From Bacteroidales bacterium (GTDB lineage Bacteria > Bacteroidota > Bacteroidia > Bacteroidales > PUMT01), in assembly GCA_007135095.1 (NCBI GenBank), contig SLJO01000037.1, positions 3,438 through 67,437 of the forward strand: a stretch of DNA of 64,000 nt. Direction: 5' to 3'. A program made the position numbers and the translations under genes. Shown here one piece after another: positions 60,472-64,000 of the stretch (position 1 is the first letter of the stretch; each line of letters starts with the position of its first letter). Under the pieces are notes generated by a model. That model saw only the letters and a program-made list of their open reading frames with translations, was not told where the DNA came from and did no database searches.

Positions 60472-62850
60472 ATGTCAAAAAGGATATACCTTAGTGTTGG
60501 TCTGCTTTCTGCTTCAATTATCGCATTTCAGCTAACCCTGATGCAGCTGCTTTCCATAATCCAGTGGAGCCATTTTGCCTACATGGTGATTTCGGTTGCA
60601 TTACTGGGTTTTGGAGCCAGCGGGACTTTGCTGGCTCTTGCAAGAAACTGGTTTGTGCGAAACATTGAAATCAGCCTTCCTGTCCTGATGATCCTTGCGG
60701 GGATCTCGATGAGCCTTATTATGCTGGTCTCATCAACTGTGTTCGGCAGTTTTGATTCATACCTGCTTTTTGTTGACCGCAGTCAGATTGTCGGACTGGT
60801 GGTTGCCTATTTTGCTTTCTTTGTCCCATTCTTCTTCGGAGCCCTGGCTCTCGGACTGATGTATATTCACTATATTGAAAAGATTGGTCCTCTTTATTTT
60901 GCCGACCTGCTGGGCTCGGGAATAGGCGGTTTAATAATGCTGCTTATGTTCTGGCTGTTTTACCCAGCACAGCTCCCTTCGGCCATTGCATTTTTCCCGG
61001 TAATTGCCGGCATCCTGATACTCCCCATAAGACTCAGGCTGAAATTCATTGCTCCTGCAATTGCGGCCTTCATACTTCCCGGCATACTCGTGTTTTCGCC
61101 CCCCGCGCTGCCGGTGTCGGAATTTAAAAGCCTCTCCCGGGCAATGAACCTGCCCGGTGCCCGAATAGTCATAGAAAGGAGCAGTCCCTACGGTCAGATC
61201 GATGTAGTCAGGTCTCCGGCACTAAGGTATGCTCCCGGTCTCAGCCTTACATACCAGGGAACCGTTCCGGTAAGGGATGTGATCTTCAGCAACGGAAACT
61301 GGTTTGGGCCGGTAGTTGAGTGGACAAGGACCGATACCAGCCACTTTCTTGACTACACCACCAATGCACTGCCGTACCAGATAATCCGGCCCTCCAATGT
61401 TCTGTTACTGGACTCGGGAACAGGTCTCTTTGCCGCCCATGCCCTGACGAGAGGTGTTGGCAACATTACCGCAGTGGAACAAAACCGTATTGCAACCGGC
61501 CTGCTTAAAAATGAACTTGCCGGAATGATTGACTCAATGTACCATCTGCCTGCCATAAATCCGGTTAACCTTCATTCCCGCAGTTACCTGCTGAAGGATG
61601 ACAACCTTTACGATCTTATAATTCTGCCCACATCTGAATCATTTGGCGGCACCTCCGGCATAAATGCACTGGAGGAGCAGTACATACTAACCAGGGAGGC
61701 ACTGGATGAAATGTGGAACAGGCTCTCGGACGATGGAATGATTGCCGTGACCGCCTGGATGGACTACCCTGCCAGAAACACCCTGAAACTGCTCGCAACC
61801 CTGGTGGAGACCCATGAAGCCAACAGCGATTTGCCGGTTGAAAATCATCTGGCTGCCATAAGGGGATGGGGCACCATCAGTTTTATTTTAAAACGATCGC
61901 CGCTGACCTTACCGGAAACTCAGGCAATCAGAAATTTCTGCAACACAATGTACTTTGATCCAGCCTTGCTGCCTGATATAACCCCTGGCGAAAGATCGGT
62001 GTACAATCAACTGCAGGATGACGAGTTTTTTGAATACATTGACAGAATAATGGCCAGGGGCCGTGAGGATTTTTACCGGGAATATGATTTCAACATAAAG
62101 CCCTCCACTGACAACATACCTTATTTCTCGCAGTTCCTGAAGCTTGGACGTTATGATAAAATGCAGGATATGTTTGGTCAGTCCACCGTCCCGTTCCTGG
62201 AAATCGGATATCTCGTCGTGCTGCTGACTTTTTTACAGATCACTGCAGCAGCAGTGATACTTATACTGCTTCCATTGCTGGTGATTGGATGGAAAGGCAG
62301 CGGAAAATTATATACCGTGCTGCATTTCAGCGGTATCGGGCTGGGATTCATGTTCCTTGAAATAACACTTATCCAGCAGTTCATACTGTATTTCGGCAAC
62401 CCGATTTATGCGGCAGCTGCTGTTCTGAGCGGCATGCTCATATGCTCCGGGGCCGGCAGCCTTGCATCCTCGAGGCTTAGTACCGAAAAAGGTGATGTGG
62501 TTAAAATACTGACACTGGTTATTTTCTTCATTATTCTCTATATTATTCTGCTCGTGCCCCTTTTAAGGATCACAATCAATTTCCCTCTCCTTGTGAAAAT
62601 ATTTTTCTCAATACTCTTCATTTCTCCCGCAGCCTATTTTATGGGAATGCCATTCCCTCTGGGCCTGCGCAAACTTTCGGGCATAAACCCCACCCTCACA
62701 CCATGGGCATGGGGAATAAATGGCTGCCTTTCGGTTATCAGCACTGCCCTTGCAACAATAATTGCGGTCGAAGCCGGTTATTTATGGGTCATGGTGATAG
62801 CAGCAATGTCTTATGGACTTACACTGGTTGCCAACCTGATTAAAACCTGA
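60472..62850 (+). CDS. Polytopic membrane protein with a central spermidine-synthase-like (SAM-fold) domain
   Basis: ~7 N-terminal and ~6 C-terminal hydrophobic helices. The central region has 'SSPYGQIDVV', 'VLLLDSGTGL' and 'YDLIILP', resembling SpeE motifs. Confidence 0.6.
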   Translation: MSKRIYLSVGLLSASIIAFQLTLMQLLSIIQWSHFAYMVISVALLGFGASGTLLALARNWFVRNIEISLPVLMILAGISMSLIMLVSSTVFGSFDSYLLFVDRSQIVGLVVAYFAFFVPFFFGALALGLMYIHYIEKIGPLYFADLLGSGIGGLIMLLMFWLFYPAQLPSAIAFFPVIAGILILPIRLRLKFIAPAIAAFILPGILVFSPPALPVSEFKSLSRAMNLPGARIVIERSSPYGQIDVVRSPALRYAPGLSLTYQGTVPVRDVIFSNGNWFGPVVEWTRTDTSHFLDYTTNALPYQIIRPSNVLLLDSGTGLFAAHALTRGVGNITAVEQNRIATGLLKNELAGMIDSMYHLPAINPVNLHSRSYLLKDDNLYDLIILPTSESFGGTSGINALEEQYILTREALDEMWNRLSDDGMIAVTAWMDYPARNTLKLLATLVETHEANSDLPVENHLAAIRGWGTISFILKRSPLTLPETQAIRNFCNTMYFDPALLPDITPGERSVYNQLQDDEFFEYIDRIMARGREDFYREYDFNIKPSTDNIPYFSQFLKLGRYDKMQDMFGQSTVPFLEIGYLVVLLTFLQITAAAVILILLPLLVIGWKGSGKLYTVLHFSGIGLGFMFLEITLIQQFILYFGNPIYAAAAVLSGMLICSGAGSLASSRLSTEKGDVVKILTLVIFFIILYIILLVPLLRITINFPLLVKIFFSILFISPAAYFMGMPFPLGLRKLSGINPTLTPWAWGINGCLSVISTALATIIAVEAGYLWVMVIAAMSYGLTLVANLIKT

Positions 62851-62928
62851 CAGAATACCTGCGTCAGGCTTTTTGGCAAAATATCGTGATAACTAAATTA
62901 ATTGATTACTGAACTTATTTGAATTAAT

Positions 62929-63606
62929 ATGATAATGTTCCGGAACAGACTGAAATATTCTTCCAGGTTTCTGTTTATCCTGCTGATAATGCTTGCATGT
63001 TGCAAGCAGCCTGCAGGGAATGCTGCCCATCGGAATGAAGATGACAAAAAATATGAAGTACTTATTGTACAGCAGAGATGGCACACCGGGATTATCTTTA
63101 ATACCCGGGATGTTGATCCACAGATCTGGCCCGAGATAGAACGTTACACAGACAGGAGATTTGTGGATGTAGGTTGGGGAGATGAAAAATTCTGGCAGGT
63201 AACCGGCGATCCGGTGGGCCTGGCCGCCCGGGCAATGTTATTTCCCACCAGTAGTGTTTTGCAGGTATTTGCCTTTAACACCCAGCCTTCCAGGGCATAC
63301 GGCGCCGAAAGCAGGATTCTCAGAATACCCGTGAGCAGTGAACAGTTTGCAGATCTCAGCCGTTTTGTGAATGATTATTATCTGAGAGACGAGGAGGGAA
63401 ACATTCAGCGCAGTACTGTATTTGGAGAAGCTGAGCACTTTTTCCTTGCCAGGGGGAAGTATCATCTTTTCAGGACCTGCAATACCTGGGTGGCCCGCGG
63501 ATTTAAACAGGCAGGCTTTGATGTGCGCAGCTTCTGCGTACTTAATGCCAACCAGCTTTTCCGGCAATTAAGAGATATTCCCGGCGCTGAATTTATGCAG
63601 GAATAA
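62929..63606 (+). CDS. DUF2459/TIGR02117-like lipoprotein
   Basis: Lipobox 'LIMLACC', plus 'WHTGIIF', 'VGWGDEKFW' and 'CNTWVARGFKQAG'. The family name is from memory. Confidence 0.5.
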   Translation: MIMFRNRLKYSSRFLFILLIMLACCKQPAGNAAHRNEDDKKYEVLIVQQRWHTGIIFNTRDVDPQIWPEIERYTDRRFVDVGWGDEKFWQVTGDPVGLAARAMLFPTSSVLQVFAFNTQPSRAYGAESRILRIPVSSEQFADLSRFVNDYYLRDEEGNIQRSTVFGEAEHFFLARGKYHLFRTCNTWVARGFKQAGFDVRSFCVLNANQLFRQLRDIPGAEFMQE

Positions 63607-63614
63607 GAATATTA

Positions 63615-64000
63615 TCACCTTACCGGTTGCAGAGGATTGGTTTCCCTTATAAAGATAAGGGCATCATAACGTTGAGGAAGTATTGTGGGGACATAATTAC
63701 CGGCTTCCTGCCGGGGATTGTAAACCACCCCTATTGCCCTGTGTCCTATGAATTCGTTTAACAGGGGATGGTTCCGGTCCTTATCATCGAATATCAGGTA
63801 GAACTGCTTATGACCTAGTTGGGCAAAAATATTCTCATAGCTGCCATCAATCCCTTCAGGAACCCTCATTCTTTCCATACGTGAACCCCAGCTGCTGCCT
63901 GCGTTAACTCTTCCTGTATTTGTGCTGAAACCGGTAATAAACACCTTGTCGCGGCCAAGGTCCCGGCGGCTCAGCCGACCGATATTTACCATATCCTGAT
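63615..64000 (-). CDS. Erythromycin-esterase-family protein, C-terminal part; 5' end outside the window
   Basis: The ORF is open to the window edge. 'HRAIGVVYNPRQEAGNYVPTILPQRYDALIFIRETNPLQP' matches the family's C-terminal pattern. Confidence 0.65.
   Translation of the reverse strand, partial: QDMVNIGRLSRRDLGRDKVFITGFSTNTGRVNAGSSWGSRMERMRVPEGIDGSYENIFAQLGHKQFYLIFDDKDRNHPLLNEFIGHRAIGVVYNPRQEAGNYVPTILPQRYDALIFIRETNPLQPVR

Noticed and set aside
1-64000. Search for CRISPR arrays, tRNA/rRNA genes, transposases, integrases, toxin-antitoxin pairs and reverse transcriptases
   Set aside because: None were recognised. No regular repeat-spacer arrays, no cloverleaf-like GC-rich ~75-nt islands in intergenic regions, and no DDE, tyrosine-recombinase or RT motifs appeared in the ORF translations. 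tRNA and ncRNA absence was judged by eye only and should be confirmed with tRNAscan-SE or Infernal.

Overview
The window looks like a Bacteroidota chromosome segment. Evidence is a T9SS C-terminal sorting domain, a CarboxypepD_reg/TonB-dependent receptor and many lipoprotein-type signal peptides. The organism is probably an anaerobic fermenter, given ptb-buk, pta-ackA, iorAB and a rubrerythrin-like protein. I call about 50 protein-coding genes, mostly housekeeping or metabolic. I found no rRNA, tRNA, CRISPR array, transposase or integrase. Most notable: (1) a minus-strand exopolysaccharide-like module at 25.4-30.1 kb (receiver-only response regulator, TPR + beta-barrel protein, membrane HEAT-repeat protein, processive GT2 synthase) lacking the usual deacetylase and c-di-GMP parts; (2) a ~41-nt motif, 35/40 identical, upstream of both this module and iorAB; (3) an imuB-like/dnaE2 cassette that is GC-richer by eye, with a 43-bp copy of the dnaE2 3' end flanking a collapsed Gfo/Idh/MocA remnant; (4) a degraded enolase-superfamily pseudogene at 58.4-58.8 kb; (5) a four-gene minus-strand unit coupling two exported enzymes (amidohydrolase, Tat-signal SelA-like PLP enzyme) to an LctP permease and an FAD/Fe-S dehydrogenase. 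All calls come from reading translated motifs and sequence by eye. No database search or numerical computation was run.
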